In this document: piece after piece, positions 1 to 10,149 of the stretch
Position numbering within the stretch: position 1 is the first letter of the stretch
Layout: every line of letters begins with the position of its first letter
From: Pasteurella multocida
GTDB lineage: Bacteria; Pseudomonadota; Gammaproteobacteria; Enterobacterales; Pasteurellaceae
Reading direction: 5' to 3'
Length of the DNA: 32,000 nt
Assembly (NCBI RefSeq): GCF_900187275.1
Contig: NZ_LT906458.1
Coordinates: 420,001-452,000, forward strand
Translations under genes and position numbers: made by a program
The notes under the pieces: generated by a model
What the model was told of the DNA's origin: nothing
Databases searched by the model: none
Seen by the model: only the letters and a program-made list of their open reading frames with translations

Positions 1-701
1 TCGCCTTTGCGTGCGGCGGCAATTGAGGCGGCAACTTCGGGCAGAGATGTTCCAATAGCCACTACGGTTAATCCAATCACTAAATCACTGACACCCAGAT
101 AATGAGCAATTTTTACTGCTCCCCAAATAAGTAACTGCGAACTGACCATCAGTAAAGCTAAGCCCACAATGAGCCAAAATAAGGCAGCTTTAAAAGAAAG
201 ACAGGTTTCATGCTTATCTTCTTCATAATTTGCTTGAACAGATGCACGCTGTTTTTTACTTGACCAAATTGTCCAAACTACATAACCAATAAAAAGAGCT
301 AATAGCACGATGGCTTCTAAGCGAGCTATGCGCATATCGAATAGGAAATAAGCGGAGAGAACAGTAACTATCAATAAAATAGGCAATTCTTTTTTGATCA
401 CACTGCCATGTACTGTTAAAGGCTTGATCAACGCGGTTAAACCAAGAATCAGGGCAATATTAGTAATATTGGAACCATAAGCATTGCCTAAAGCAATCCC
501 CGGACTGCCATTTAAAGCGGATAAGGCTGAAACCACCATTTCTGGCATTGAAGTACCAAAACCGATAATCAAAATACCAATTAACAGTGGCGACATACCA
601 AGATAACGTGCTAATGCCGCAGCACCATCCACGAAACGATCGGCACTCCATACCAAAATAATCAACCCAACGAGAATCGCGAGTGAGGCTTCTAATAACA
701 T
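1..701 (-). CDS. yrbG: Ca2+/Na+ antiporter-family inner membrane protein (YrbG-like); the C-terminal part lies beyond the left window edge
   Basis: The frame runs off the left edge and is not in the ORF track. My translation from the ATG (complement of 699-701) reads MLLEASLAILVGLIILVWSADRFV...GFGTSMPE...GSNITNI, and at the window edge ..GIGTSLPEVAASIAAARKG. These are both alpha-repeat GTS(L/M)PE motifs of the CaCA/YrbG family. AGGA lies about 9 nt upstream of the ATG. Confidence 0.8.
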   Translation of the reverse strand, partial: MLLEASLAILVGLIILVWSADRFVDGAAALARYLGMSPLLIGILIIGFGTSMPEMVVSALSALNGSPGIALGNAYGSNITNIALILGLTALIKPLTVHGSVIKKELPILLIVTVLSAYFLFDMRIARLEAIVLLALFIGYVVWTIWSSKKQRASVQANYEEDKHETCLSFKAALFWLIVGLALLMVSSQLLIWGAVKIAHYLGVSDLVIGLTVVAIGTSLPEVAASIAAARKG

Positions 702-780
702 CTGAAATCCTATAAACAAATAAGAAGGAAAGAATATGGTCGCGTATAATATATGCAAAAATCAGGAAAGAGAAGAGCGC

Positions 781-819
781 AAAAGAAAAAATAAAAGCCC
801 ATAAGGAGGATATGGGCTT
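781..819 (-). terminator. Rho-independent terminator downstream of tRNA-Asn
   Basis: Stem AAGCCCATA (795-803) pairs with TATGGGCTT (811-819) around a 7-nt loop. On the minus strand it is followed by a T-rich run (plus-strand A-run 781-794). Confidence 0.7.
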
Positions 820-888
820 AAAATCTTTTGGTTAAAAAATGAAACTTTTATAAAAGGAGACAAATAAAAGCTCACCAAAAGAAAAAGT

Positions 889-964
889 TGGCTCCTCCTG
901 CTGGACTTGAACCAGCGACATACGGATTAACAGTCCGCCGTTCTACCGACTGAACTAAGGAGGA
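889..964 (-). tRNA. tRNA-Asn (anticodon GTT)
   Basis: The reverse complement reads TCCTCCTTAGTTCAGTCGGTAGAACGGCGGACTGTTAATCCGTATGTCGCTGGTTCAAGTCCAGCAGGAGGAGCCA. It has a cloverleaf, the anticodon loop CTGTTAA, a GTTCAAGTC T-loop and an encoded CCA. It is nearly identical to E. coli tRNA-Asn as I recall it. Confidence 0.95.
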
Positions 965-997
965 AAAATTCTGTATCACAAGGAATTTAGGTCGCGT

Positions 998-1026
998 ATG
1001 ATAATGTGCTTGATCTGTCTTGTCAA
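998..1026 (-). promoter_or_regulatory. Sigma70 promoter of tRNA-Asn with a GC-rich discriminator
   Basis: The minus strand reads TTGACA (complement of 1021-1026), a 17-nt spacer, TATCAT (complement of 998-1003), then the discriminator ACGCGACC. An A/T-rich UP-like tract lies upstream. The predicted start is about 25 nt before the mature tRNA 5' end. Confidence 0.65.
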
Positions 1027-1069
1027 CCTTAAAAAAGCAAAAAAATTTTCTTTTTTACAACTTATTTTT

Positions 1070-1092
1070 ATATCCACAGCGCCTGTGGATAA
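1070..1092. promoter_or_regulatory. Inverted pair of DnaA-box 9-mers forming a 9-bp-arm palindrome
   Basis: ATATCCACA (1070-1078) has one mismatch to TTATCCACA. TGTGGATAA (1084-1092) is the perfect reverse complement of TTATCCACA. The arms TATCCACAG/CTGTGGATA are separated by CGC. Confidence 0.5.
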
Positions 1093-1362
1093 GTCTGTGA
1101 ATGTTTATTAAAAAAAATCGCTAAAGCTAGAGAATAACTGGTATGATCGGACTTCGTTATACAATTGGTTGTAAAATGACATTTCTTTATTTTTCAATTA
1201 GTTAATAAAAATCCATAAAAAAATAGGAAATTTTTTTTAAATTTGAGAAGTTTGAATCTTGACAAATATAACTCTGTGTAAAACTTACATTTTTTAAATC
1301 CAAAACTGTTACAAAATTGTGATAAAATTGACCGCACTTTGAATAGAATTGAGTATAAGACT

Positions 1363-3399
1363 ATGGCGTATAAAATGCATACTAAATCATTTATTTTGCA
1401 TTCGGATTTTTCTCCTTCTGGTGATCAACCGCAAGCAATTACGCAGCTGATTGAGGGGCTTGAAAATGGGCTTGCTCATCAAACCTTGTTAGGGGTAACA
1501 GGGTCGGGTAAGACCTTTACGATTGCTAATGTGATTGCAAAATTAAATCGTCCCGCTATGGTACTTGCCCCGAATAAAACCCTCGCAGCACAGCTTTATG
1601 CTGAAATGAAAGCATTTTTTCCAGAAAATGCAGTTGAATATTTCGTATCTTACTATGATTACTATCAGCCAGAAGCTTATGTGCCAAGTAGCGATACTTT
1701 TATTGAGAAAGATGCGTCGATTAATGATCAAATCGAACAAATGCGCTTATCTGCCACTAAATCGTTTTTAGAGCGTCGAGATACTATTGTGGTTGCCTCG
1801 GTATCCGCCATTTATGGTTTAGGCGATCCAGATTCTTATTTAAAAATGATGCTCCATTTACAAACAGGTGCGATTATTAATCAACGTCAAATCTTAGCGC
1901 AATTGGCTGAATTGCAGTACACACGCAATGATCAGGCGTTTGAGCGTGGTACCTTTCGTGTGCGCGGTGAAATCATTGATATTTTCCCCGCAGAATCTGA
2001 TGATAAAGCGATACGGATCGAATTATTTGACGATGAAATCGAGCGATTAAGTTTATTTGATCCGCTAACTGGCTCAAGTTTTGGTCCTGTCCCTCGTTAT
2101 ACTATTTATCCGAAAACGCACTATGTCACACCAAGAGAGCGGATTTTAGATGCCATTGAAAAAATCAAACAAGAACTGGCGGAGCGTCGCCAATTCTTAT
2201 TGGAAAATAACAAATTACTCGAAGAACAGCGCATTACACAACGCACCCAATTCGATATTGAAATGATGAATGAATTGGGATATTGCTCAGGTATCGAAAA
2301 CTATTCACGCTATTTATCAGGGCGTAACGAAGGCGAGCCACCGCCAACCTTATTTGATTATATGCCTTCAGATGCACTACTTATTATTGATGAATCTCAT
2401 GTGACGGTGCCGCAAATTGGTGGTATGTATCGTGGTGATCGTTCTCGTAAAGAAACACTGGTGGAATATGGTTTTCGTTTGCCTTCAGCATTGGATAATC
2501 GCCCTTTACGTTTTGAGGAATTTGAACGTTTAGCCCCGCAAACGATTTATGTCTCCGCCACACCGGGTCCTTATGAATTAGAAAAATCCGCTGGGGAAAT
2601 TATTGATCAAGTAGTGCGTCCAACGGGCTTATTGGATCCAGAAATTGAAATTCGTCCTGTCGCGATTCAAGTAGATGATTTATTGTCTGAAGCTCGCCAA
2701 AGATCGGATCAAAATGAACGAGTTTTAGTCACTACCTTAACCAAAAAAATGGCGGAAGATCTGACGGATTATTTAGATGAACACGGTATTCGCGTCCGTT
2801 ATTTACATTCAGATATTGATACGGTTGAGCGGGTAGAAATTATCCGTGATCTGCGTTTAGGGGAATTTGATGTGTTAGTTGGGATCAACTTATTGCGTGA
2901 AGGATTGGATATTCCGGAAGTGTCTTTGGTGGCGATTTTAGATGCCGATAAAGAAGGCTTCTTACGTTCAGAACGTTCCTTAATTCAGACAATTGGACGC
3001 GCAGCACGTAACTTAAAAGGGAAAGCAATTCTATATGCGGATCGCATCACCAATTCTATGCAAAAAGCCATCACCGAAACCAATCGCCGTCGTGAAAAAC
3101 AAATGAAATATAATGAAGCACGCGGTATTGTGCCACAAGCATTGAATAAAAAAGTGGGAGAATTATTAGACATCGGTCAAGGGGCGAATCAAAAAGCTAA
3201 AGCGAATAGAAACGCGAAAAAAGTGGCAGAACCGACCGCACTTTATGTTGTACCACAAACGGCGAAAGAATATCAGCAACAGATTAAGAAATTAGAACAA
3301 CAAATGTATAAATATGCACAGGATCTTGAATTTGAAAAAGCAGCGGCTGTGCGGGATCAATTACAACAATTACGTGAACATTTTTTTGAGGTGCAATAA
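1363..3399 (+). CDS. uvrB: Excinuclease ABC subunit B (UvrB)
   Basis: The ORF is colinear with E. coli UvrB as I recall it. Motifs seen: [10 protein letters not shown] Walker [34 protein letters not shown], and the C-terminal [13 protein letters not shown] UvrC-binding helix. The track start at 1339 is TTG. ATG 1363 or ATG 1375 ([12 protein letters not shown], which aligns best with the E. coli N-terminus) is more likely. Confidence 0.95.
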   Translation: MAYKMHTKSFILHSDFSPSGDQPQAITQLIEGLENGLAHQTLLGVTGSGKTFTIANVIAKLNRPAMVLAPNKTLAAQLYAEMKAFFPENAVEYFVSYYDYYQPEAYVPSSDTFIEKDASINDQIEQMRLSATKSFLERRDTIVVASVSAIYGLGDPDSYLKMMLHLQTGAIINQRQILAQLAELQYTRNDQAFERGTFRVRGEIIDIFPAESDDKAIRIELFDDEIERLSLFDPLTGSSFGPVPRYTIYPKTHYVTPRERILDAIEKIKQELAERRQFLLENNKLLEEQRITQRTQFDIEMMNELGYCSGIENYSRYLSGRNEGEPPPTLFDYMPSDALLIIDESHVTVPQIGGMYRGDRSRKETLVEYGFRLPSALDNRPLRFEEFERLAPQTIYVSATPGPYELEKSAGEIIDQVVRPTGLLDPEIEIRPVAIQVDDLLSEARQRSDQNERVLVTTLTKKMAEDLTDYLDEHGIRVRYLHSDIDTVERVEIIRDLRLGEFDVLVGINLLREGLDIPEVSLVAILDADKEGFLRSERSLIQTIGRAARNLKGKAILYADRITNSMQKAITETNRRREKQMKYNEARGIVPQALNKKVGELLDIGQGANQKAKANRNAKKVAEPTALYVVPQTAKEYQQQIKKLEQQMYKYAQDLEFEKAAAVRDQLQQLREHFFEVQ

Positions 3400-3411
3400 A
3401 GCAAATTAATT

Positions 3412-4191
3412 ATGTTAGATGAACAATTAAGTCAACGTTTTTTAGCAGTTGCAGGACCGGCGATTGAATTAGCCAAACAGAAAAAGACCAAAGCAGCGTT
3501 ATTAACCTTAGAAAAAGTGGACATCGATCAAGCGCTTGAACCAGATTTCTATCATCTTGTCGAAATTCAAAAAGCGGCACTCTTGGAGCTATTGGAAAAA
3601 GAGAAACCGGCAAAGATGTTGCGTAATTTTGATACGGTTTTGATGTTGTATCGTGCTGTGCCGATGGACAATAAAACAGTGTATCGTTCTGCGCAAATGC
3701 AATTAGCCAATCTGTTGATTAATTTGAAACGCGTTGATGAGCTTGAACAACTTTATCAAGATTTCGTAGCACAACAAAAATTAGATGGCGAAGATAAATT
3801 ATTTTTAAGTTCTGTGTTGATTAGCCTCAATAAACTCGATGAGGCGCTAAAGATGTTGGATTCAATAACACATCGTGAGGGCGCTACTATTTTTGCTACG
3901 GCAAAAACTAATGCGGCACTTATCCTCAAAAACTTAAAACGCTACCAAGAATGTATTCGCACTTGTACGCTGGTTTCCGCTGACGATGATATGCATATGT
4001 ATGCCAAAGCCCAGCTGATTTGGGCGGAGGCGTTATATCGTCTAGGGCGTAGAGAGGAAGCGTTTGAGGTGTATAAACGATTAAGACCGTTCCATCAGCC
4101 TTTTTATTCAGAAGCCAGATGGCAGCTGTTTATTAAATTCCCTGTACGTGCGATTCGGGAGAATATTTTGGCGTTTTTTGGTAAGGCATGA
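3412..4191 (+). CDS. Hypothetical cytoplasmic helical-repeat (TPR-like) protein
   Basis: A 259-aa ORF starts 12 nt after the uvrB stop. It has no signal peptide or TM segment and is predicted all-helical. It contains at least one TPR-like unit (AKAQLIWAEALYRLGRREEAFEVYKRL). I recognise no family. Confidence 0.55.
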   Translation: MLDEQLSQRFLAVAGPAIELAKQKKTKAALLTLEKVDIDQALEPDFYHLVEIQKAALLELLEKEKPAKMLRNFDTVLMLYRAVPMDNKTVYRSAQMQLANLLINLKRVDELEQLYQDFVAQQKLDGEDKLFLSSVLISLNKLDEALKMLDSITHREGATIFATAKTNAALILKNLKRYQECIRTCTLVSADDDMHMYAKAQLIWAEALYRLGRREEAFEVYKRLRPFHQPFYSEARWQLFIKFPVRAIRENILAFFGKA

Positions 4192-4203
4192 TGACATTTT
4201 GCT

Positions 4204-4224
4204 AGAAAAACGATGTGTTTTTCT
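4204..4224. terminator. Weak A/T-rich hairpin between convergent genes (possible bidirectional terminator)
   Basis: AGAAAAAC (4204-4211) pairs with GTTTTTCT (4217-4224) around a 5-nt loop. It lies between the stop of the 3412-4191 ORF and the phoR stop. Confidence 0.35.
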
Positions 4225-4237
4225 TATGTTAGTGCTG

Positions 4238-5533
4238 TTAGGCTGAAGCGCTCTCACACAATAACTTCTTCGGAATAATAAAAGAAAAACAGCTTCCTTC
4301 GCCTTCTTTACTTTCAATCTCCAGTTGGGCGTGATGCTGTTCAAGGGCATGTTTAACGATTGCTAAACCTAAACCATGACCGCCAGTTTGGTTACTGCGG
4401 GATTCATCCACACGGTAAAAACGCTCAGTTAAATGATATAAATGATGTGTTGCAATACCTATTCCATTATCTGTCACACTGAATTTAGCACCCTCTGCAC
4501 AAGGTTGCCAACTGACGTTGATTTGACAATTCTCACCAGCATGTTTTATCGCATTATAAATGAGATTGGAAACCGCACTTTGTAGCTGGCTTTCATCGCC
4601 GAATACATAAATGTCCGGTGCGATATCAAAATGGATTTGATGGTGATAGTGGTTTAAAAAGTGCGTATTTTCTTTTAAATTTAAGATTAAGCGTGACATA
4701 TCCACGGGTTCGTGTTCTTGATTAGACGAGCTTTCAATTTTCGCCAACACATTGAGTTGTTGCAGTAAATTTGCCATCCGCTGACTTTGTGCTTGCATGG
4801 CGTGAATGGCTTTTTGTGCCAGTGCACTGTGATCTTTTTCTGCTTCTAGCAACTCTAAGTAACCTTGTAATACTGTTAACGGCGTGCGTAGTTCGTGGTT
4901 GATATTCGATAAAAAGGTTTGGCGAGAATGTAATAAACGGATCATTTGTGTGACATCGCGCGCAATAATCACACGTGATTCGTTGTCATAATGATTAATG
5001 TTGATCTCAATATAGCGGTTTTCATTGGTGAGTAACACCAAAGGGCGTTTTCTCATGGATTGATAAAAGTAGTGCTTAAATTCGTTATAGAAAATGACAT
5101 TGAAGAGATTTTTACTGTTTATTTTCTTATTCCAATAAAACATGAACATTTCTTGCGAGGCGTTATTGCACCAAGAGATATTGCCTTCATTGTCACAAAT
5201 GATAATGGCATCGGGGAGGTATTGAATATTTTTATTTAATTTCGAAAGTAAACGTAACGTTTTAATTCTTTCTTTTCGATTTTTACTTTTATAGTAGGCA
5301 GTGGTTTGAGAAATATTATCCAGCAGATGTGTTTTTTTCAGTGTGTCAGTCGCATCTGGATGGAGCATTTTCAACAACTTAAATTCATTGTAATGATGAA
5401 AAATCAGAAAGCAGAGGAGCACTGCAATAAACCAGAATGCAAAGGATTGAGTAAAATAGGAAAAAAGACTGGCAATCAGTAGGCTTATCGCTAATTCAAT
5501 AAAAAAATACTTAATTGAAAAGGTTCTTTTCAT
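4238..5533 (-). CDS. phoR: Phosphate regulon sensor histidine kinase PhoR
   Basis: Two N-terminal TM helices, a PAS-like region, the H-box HELRTPLT, the N box NLIYNAIKH, and the G boxes DNGIGI and [10 protein letters not shown]. There is a 4-nt start/stop overlap with phoB. Confidence 0.9.
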   Translation of the reverse strand: MKRTFSIKYFFIELAISLLIASLFSYFTQSFAFWFIAVLLCFLIFHHYNEFKLLKMLHPDATDTLKKTHLLDNISQTTAYYKSKNRKERIKTLRLLSKLNKNIQYLPDAIIICDNEGNISWCNNASQEMFMFYWNKKINSKNLFNVIFYNEFKHYFYQSMRKRPLVLLTNENRYIEININHYDNESRVIIARDVTQMIRLLHSRQTFLSNINHELRTPLTVLQGYLELLEAEKDHSALAQKAIHAMQAQSQRMANLLQQLNVLAKIESSSNQEHEPVDMSRLILNLKENTHFLNHYHHQIHFDIAPDIYVFGDESQLQSAVSNLIYNAIKHAGENCQINVSWQPCAEGAKFSVTDNGIGIATHHLYHLTERFYRVDESRSNQTGGHGLGLAIVKHALEQHHAQLEIESKEGEGSCFSFIIPKKLLCESASA

Positions 5534-6225
5534 TTTATCTCGTCCTGAAAATGAGGCGAAAAACGATAGCCCGTCCCACGTACCGTTTGGATATAGCGAT
5601 CAAAACCATATTGCTCAAGGCTTTTGCGTAAGCGACGAATATAGCTATCCACCGTTCTATCTTCCACATAAATATCATTTCCCCAAATACAATCTAAGAG
5701 CTGTTCGCGTGTATAGACTTTTTCAGGGTGAGTCATGAGAAATTTAAGCAGTTTAAATTCAGTCGAACTAAGGTTAATCACATTTTTTTGATAACTCACC
5801 CGCAAGGCATTTTGATCTAAAATTAGTCCGTCAATTTCAATGCTATTCTGGCTTTGTTCATAAACACGTCGGAGCATGGCTTCAATTCTGGCAAGTAAGA
5901 TTTTAGGTGAGAAAGGTTTAGTGATGTAATCATCCGCGCCTGTATTTAAGCCGGTAATACAATCCTCTTCTTCACTACGCGCAGTCAGCATGATGACAGG
6001 GATGTTTTCGGTGTCTTCGTGTTTTTTCAAAAACTGAATAAACTGGATACCAGAACGACCGGGCAACATCCAGTCTAATAAAATGAGTTGTGGCTTTTCT
6101 ACTAATTTTTTGACCGCACTTTGGTAGTCAGCAGCCTCAATAATGTCATAACCTTGTTGAGTTAAAAATAAGCTGATCATTTCGCGAATCGCACTTTCAT
6201 CTTCAACCACCAGTATTTTGGTCAT
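5530..6225 (-). CDS. phoB: Phosphate regulon response regulator PhoB (OmpR family)
   Basis: Receiver domain ([22 protein letters not shown]) plus a winged-helix output domain ([19 protein letters not shown]). It sits between pstB and phoR. Confidence 0.9.
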   Translation of the reverse strand: MTKILVVEDESAIREMISLFLTQQGYDIIEAADYQSAVKKLVEKPQLILLDWMLPGRSGIQFIQFLKKHEDTENIPVIMLTARSEEEDCITGLNTGADDYITKPFSPKILLARIEAMLRRVYEQSQNSIEIDGLILDQNALRVSYQKNVINLSSTEFKLLKFLMTHPEKVYTREQLLDCIWGNDIYVEDRTVDSYIRRLRKSLEQYGFDRYIQTVRGTGYRFSPHFQDEIK

Positions 6226-6264
6226 TTGTACCTCACTTTATACACCGTATAGGAGTAGCGAACT

Positions 6265-6290
6265 TTCTCCTCATCAGAGCGTGAGGAGAA
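6265..6290 (-). other. Intercistronic stem-loop between pstB and phoB
   Basis: TTCTCCTCA (6265-6273) pairs with TGAGGAGAA (6282-6290) around an 8-nt loop. No U-run follows on the minus strand. It may be an mRNA processing or stability element, or a partial attenuator. Confidence 0.4.
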
Positions 6291-6351
6291 GTCCATAATT
6301 CGTTTGATTTTAATCAAAATGATACGGGATGCAATTTGATTTTGTTTATTT

Positions 6352-7131
6352 TTATCCCATGCGTCCTTTGATATAGTCTTCTGTGCGTTGCAGACGTGGT
6401 TTGTCAAAGATTTTGACGGTTTCATCAAACTCAATCAATTCACCTAAATACATAAACGCGGTGTAATCAGAACAACGCGCGGCTTGTTGCATATTATGAG
6501 TAACCATCACCACGGTATAATCGTGCTTGAGTTCTGAGATCAATTCTTCGATTTTGGCTGTTGAAATAGGATCGAGTGCGGAACAAGGTTCATCTAACAG
6601 TAACACTTCTGGTTTAATCGCAATGCCACGCGCAATGCATAAGCGTTGTTGTTGACCGCCCGATAAGCTGTCGCCACTTTGATTTAATTTGTCTTTCACC
6701 TCATTCCATAACGCCGCTTTGCTTAATGCCCATTCCACGCGAGCATTCAGATCAGCTTTGCTTAATTTCTCGAATAAACGGATCCCAAATGCCACATTGT
6801 CATAAATAGACATCGGGAAAGGGGTAGGTTTTTGGAATACCATACCGACTTTGGCGCGAATCAGTGAAATATCCATCGGTGACGTTAATAAATTTTCACC
6901 ATCTAATTTAATCTCGCCTGTAGCGTATTGATTTGGGTAAAGCTCAAAAATTCGGTTAAAGGAACGAAGCAAGGTCGATTTACCACAGCCAGAAGGACCA
7001 ATAAACGCCGTCACTTTGTGTTTCGCAATACGCATATTGATATTTTTTAACGCATGGAAATCACCATAGTGAAAATTGAGGTTGTTCACTTCTAATTTTG
7101 TATCTTCAAGTTGGATAATTTGAGTATTCAT
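6352..7131 (-). CDS. pstB: Phosphate ABC transporter ATP-binding protein PstB
   Basis: Walker [10 protein letters not shown], signature LSGGQQQRL, Walker [12 protein letters not shown]. The length and position after pstA fit PstB. Confidence 0.95.
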   Translation of the reverse strand: MNTQIIQLEDTKLEVNNLNFHYGDFHALKNINMRIAKHKVTAFIGPSGCGKSTLLRSFNRIFELYPNQYATGEIKLDGENLLTSPMDISLIRAKVGMVFQKPTPFPMSIYDNVAFGIRLFEKLSKADLNARVEWALSKAALWNEVKDKLNQSGDSLSGGQQQRLCIARGIAIKPEVLLLDEPCSALDPISTAKIEELISELKHDYTVVMVTHNMQQAARCSDYTAFMYLGELIEFDETVKIFDKPRLQRTEDYIKGRMG

Positions 7132-7148
7132 TCAGATTTCTCCCATTT

Positions 7149-7991
7149 TTATTTGGATTTCTGTGGAAAGAAAATACGTGCAAAAATATTAAGTAGTAAA
7201 ACAAATAAGGTAATTAAGGTTGCACCAGCCCAAGCAAGCTCGTTCCAATCTTGGAATGGACTTGCCGCAAATTGATAGATCACGATTGGGATATTTGCCA
7301 TCGGTCCATTCATATCAAAAGAAGTGAATTGATTGGATAGCGCAGTAAAGAGCAACGGCGCCGTTTCCCCCGAAATACGCGCGATTGACAGTAATACTCC
7401 GGTTAAAATCCCTGCACGCGCAGAGCGATAACAAATCATCGTAATCACACGCCATTGTGGGCAGCCTAAGGAGGCGGCGGTTTCCCGTAAATTATTCGGC
7501 ACAAGATTGAGCATATTATCGGTTGTCCGTACCACGACAGGAATAATGATGATGGCTAAAGCAAAGGCACCCGCCCAACCAGAATAATGCTTCACTTGTG
7601 ACACATAAATGGCGTAGATAAATAAGCCAATCACGATAGATGGTGCGGAAAGTAATACATCATTCAAAAACCGCGTCACTTTGGTTAATTGGCTATAACG
7701 TCCGTATTCTGCGAGGTAAGTGCCGGCGAGAATACCAATCGGGGTACCAATTAACGTACTGACAGTAATCATCAGAGTTGAACCAATAATGGCATTCAGT
7801 AAGCCGCCTTTTTCACCCGGTCCCGGTGTTTTTTCTAAGAAAAGTTCCAAGGATAACGCGGGAATACCTTTTGTAATTAAGGTAAACAAAATCCAACATA
7901 GCCAAAATAAGCCAAAGAAAACCGCTAAAAATGAAAGGGTGAGCATCAGCTTATTTTTAAGTTTACGACAGTGAAAATGGGTGTTACTCAT
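7149..7991 (-). CDS. pstA: Phosphate ABC transporter permease PstA
   Basis: Six-TM permease with an EAA-type loop (ARISGETAPLL). It sits between pstC and pstB. Confidence 0.9.
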   Translation of the reverse strand: MSNTHFHCRKLKNKLMLTLSFLAVFFGLFWLCWILFTLITKGIPALSLELFLEKTPGPGEKGGLLNAIIGSTLMITVSTLIGTPIGILAGTYLAEYGRYSQLTKVTRFLNDVLLSAPSIVIGLFIYAIYVSQVKHYSGWAGAFALAIIIIPVVVRTTDNMLNLVPNNLRETAASLGCPQWRVITMICYRSARAGILTGVLLSIARISGETAPLLFTALSNQFTSFDMNGPMANIPIVIYQFAASPFQDWNELAWAGATLITLFVLLLNIFARIFFPQKSK

Positions 7992-8960
7992 TTATTTCCG
8001 TCCTTCTTTTTTCTCAATACGCATAATTAATAAACGTGAAATGGATAGCACGACAGTAGTGATTAAGAAGAGAATTAAGCCTAATTCCATTAAAGCGGAT
8101 TTTTGCAATCCACTGGCTTCGTTAAACTCATTCGCGATGGCAGAGGCGATCGAAGTGGATGGGGAAAACAAGGATTCCGGTAAATGGAAGGCATTGCCAA
8201 TCACAAACGTGACCGCCATGGTTTCGCCCAGTGCACGACCTAAACCGAGCATAATGCCGCCAACAACGCCAGTTTTAGTATAAGGTAACACCACTTTCCA
8301 CATCACTTCCCACGTGGTTGAGCCCAGTCCATAAGCAGACTCTTTCAAAATGGCGGGAACGATAGTGAATACATCGCGCATTACGGCAGCGATGAAGGGA
8401 ATAATCATAATGGCTAGCACCAGTCCGGCGGTGAATAAACCAATACCAAAAGGCGCACCAGAAAATAAATAACTGAGTACAGGGAGATCGCCAAACCATT
8501 CGATCAAAGACGGTTGGATGTGTTCTTGGAAAAGTGGTACAAAAATGAAAAGTCCCCACATGCCGTAAATAATAGACGGAATTGCGGCGAGCATTTCAAT
8601 GGCAGTACCCACAGGACGTCGTAACCACTCTGGTGCTAATTCAGTTAAGAAAATCGCAATACCGAAAGAAATAGGCACGGCGATAATGAGAGCTAAGAAA
8701 GAGGTAATTAAGGTACCTACAATAGGAATAATGGCACCGTAGCTTTCTTGAACAGGATTCCAATCATTGTGCCATAAAAAAGAAAAACCAAATGTTGAGA
8801 ACGAATCCCAACTGCCAAAGACCAAGGAGGTCATCACTGCAGCAAGCAGTAAAAACACAAATACGGCGAAAAAACGTGTAGTTTGCCTAAAAAGAAGTTC
8901 AATAATATGATGATTTAAGCGGTTTGTTTCCGCTTGGGTTTTGCGTCGTAGCATGGTCAC
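7992..8960 (-). CDS. pstC: Phosphate ABC transporter permease PstC
   Basis: Polytopic permease ([15 protein letters not shown] loop) directly abutting the pstA start. Confidence 0.9.
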   Translation of the reverse strand: MTMLRRKTQAETNRLNHHIIELLFRQTTRFFAVFVFLLLAAVMTSLVFGSWDSFSTFGFSFLWHNDWNPVQESYGAIIPIVGTLITSFLALIIAVPISFGIAIFLTELAPEWLRRPVGTAIEMLAAIPSIIYGMWGLFIFVPLFQEHIQPSLIEWFGDLPVLSYLFSGAPFGIGLFTAGLVLAIMIIPFIAAVMRDVFTIVPAILKESAYGLGSTTWEVMWKVVLPYTKTGVVGGIMLGLGRALGETMAVTFVIGNAFHLPESLFSPSTSIASAIANEFNEASGLQKSALMELGLILFLITTVVLSISRLLIMRIEKKEGRK

Positions 8961-9015
8961 CCTCTTGTCATTATTGTATAGAGAGGGCAGCGGTGTTTCT
9001 GCCCTCTGCGTTTAT

Positions 9016-10050
9016 TTATTGCCAAAGTGTTTTGCCATCACTGGACTTCACATCGGTTTTCCATTGCGCTTGAATTTTCTGAATGACTTCCTCAGGCAGA
9101 GGCACATAATCAAGCTCCGTTGCTGCGACTTTGCCTTGCTTGAATGCCCAATCAAAGAACTCAAAGACAGCTTTGGTGATTTCTGGCTTTTCTGCATGCT
9201 TATGTAACAAGATGAAACTTGCTGCGGTGACTGGCCAAGATGTATCGCCTTCTTCATTGGTTAAAATAACGCCCATACCGACCGCACTTTCCCATTGTGC
9301 ATTGGCAGCAGCTGCCATAAAACTTTCTGCTGAAGGCTGTACAAATTGCCCGGCTTTATTTTGTAATGACGCCCAAGCGAGCTGGTTTTGTTTCGCGTAC
9401 GCATATTCCACATAACCAATCGAATATTTGATTTTGCTGACATAAGCAGCCACGCCTTCGTTACCTTTGCCGCCTTGTCCCGTAGGCCATTTGACTGATT
9501 TACCTTGACCGACTGTTTCTTTCCATTCAGTCGATACTTTAGAAAGATAATTAGTCCAACCGAATGTGGTGCCTGAACCGTCAGAACGATGTACGACGAT
9601 AATGGCTTTATCGGGTAAATTAGCCCCTTGGTTTAATTTGGCGATAGCGGGATCATTCCACTTTTTAATTTTGCCTAAGAAAATATCGGCGAGAACTTCA
9701 CCAGAAAGTTTAAGTTGTCCGGCGGTGATTTCTGGTAAATTCACGACAGGCACTGTGCCACCGATAATGGCTGGAAATTGCAATAATTGATGTTGTGCTA
9801 AAAGTTCTGCTTTCATCGGATCATCTGAGGCACCAAAATCAACGGTTTTGGCGATAATTTGTTGCTGACCGCCCCCTGAGCCAATTGATTGATAGTTGAC
9901 TTTGTTACCTGTTTGTTTTTCATACATGGATGCCCATTTGGCATAGATTGGATAAGGAAAAGAAGCGCCCGCGCCAGTAATGGTTTGTGCCTGCGTCGTC
10001 AAAGCAAATGTACTGAATAGAATAGCCAAAAGCATTGCACGTTTTGTCAT
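9016..10050 (-). CDS. pstS: Periplasmic phosphate-binding protein PstS
   Basis: The track ORF (to 10227) is over-extended. ATG at the complement of 10048-10050 has AAAGGAG 8 nt upstream. It gives the signal peptide MTKRAMLLAILFSTFALTTQAQT followed by ITGAGASFPYPIYAKWA, which is typical of PstS. Confidence 0.92.
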   Translation of the reverse strand: MTKRAMLLAILFSTFALTTQAQTITGAGASFPYPIYAKWASMYEKQTGNKVNYQSIGSGGGQQQIIAKTVDFGASDDPMKAELLAQHQLLQFPAIIGGTVPVVNLPEITAGQLKLSGEVLADIFLGKIKKWNDPAIAKLNQGANLPDKAIIVVHRSDGSGTTFGWTNYLSKVSTEWKETVGQGKSVKWPTGQGGKGNEGVAAYVSKIKYSIGYVEYAYAKQNQLAWASLQNKAGQFVQPSAESFMAAAANAQWESAVGMGVILTNEEGDTSWPVTAASFILLHKHAEKPEITKAVFEFFDWAFKQGKVAATELDYVPLPEEVIQKIQAQWKTDVKSSDGKTLWQ

Positions 10051-10104
10051 AGATGTTACTCCTTTGAGTGTCTTTTCAATCACTACCATGTGGTAGCGAA
10101 AGTG

Positions 10105-10149
10105 ATTGTAATGAACAAATATGACAGTTTGATGACAGGCGAATGACAG
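10105..10149 (-). promoter_or_regulatory. Pho box promoter of pstSCAB-phoBR
   Basis: The minus strand reads CTGTCATTCGC CTGTCATCAAA CTGTCATATTT GTTCAT TACAAT. There are three 11-bp-phased CTGTCAT repeats. The 18-bp core CTGTCATCAAACTGTCAT lies exactly 10 nt upstream of the -10 TACAAT (complement of 10105-10110), the same spacing I recall for E. coli phoA. Confidence 0.8.

Noticed and set aside
738-999. A 10-bp direct repeat GGTCGCGTAT (738-747 and 990-999) flanking tRNA-Asn, resembling att sites of an integrated element
   Set aside because: The enclosed 250 bp contains only the tRNA and its terminator. On the minus strand both copies sit immediately downstream of -10-like hexamers (TATTAT and TATCAT) as the discriminator ACGCGACC. 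They are better explained as two similar promoter cores, for yrbG and for the tRNA.
1274-1321. LexA/SOS-box-like sequences upstream of uvrB (CTGTGTAAAACTTACA and CTGTTACAAAATTGTG)
   Set aside because: Both have the CTGT half but lack the ACAG half at the required 8-nt spacing (TACA and TGTG instead). I cannot support an SOS box from the sequence.
6222-6434. A 70-aa ORF in the pstB-phoB spacer as a possible phoU remnant
   Set aside because: It overlaps the pstB 3' end out of frame, has no RBS, and shows no resemblance to the helical repeat pattern of the PhoU protein of about 240 aa.
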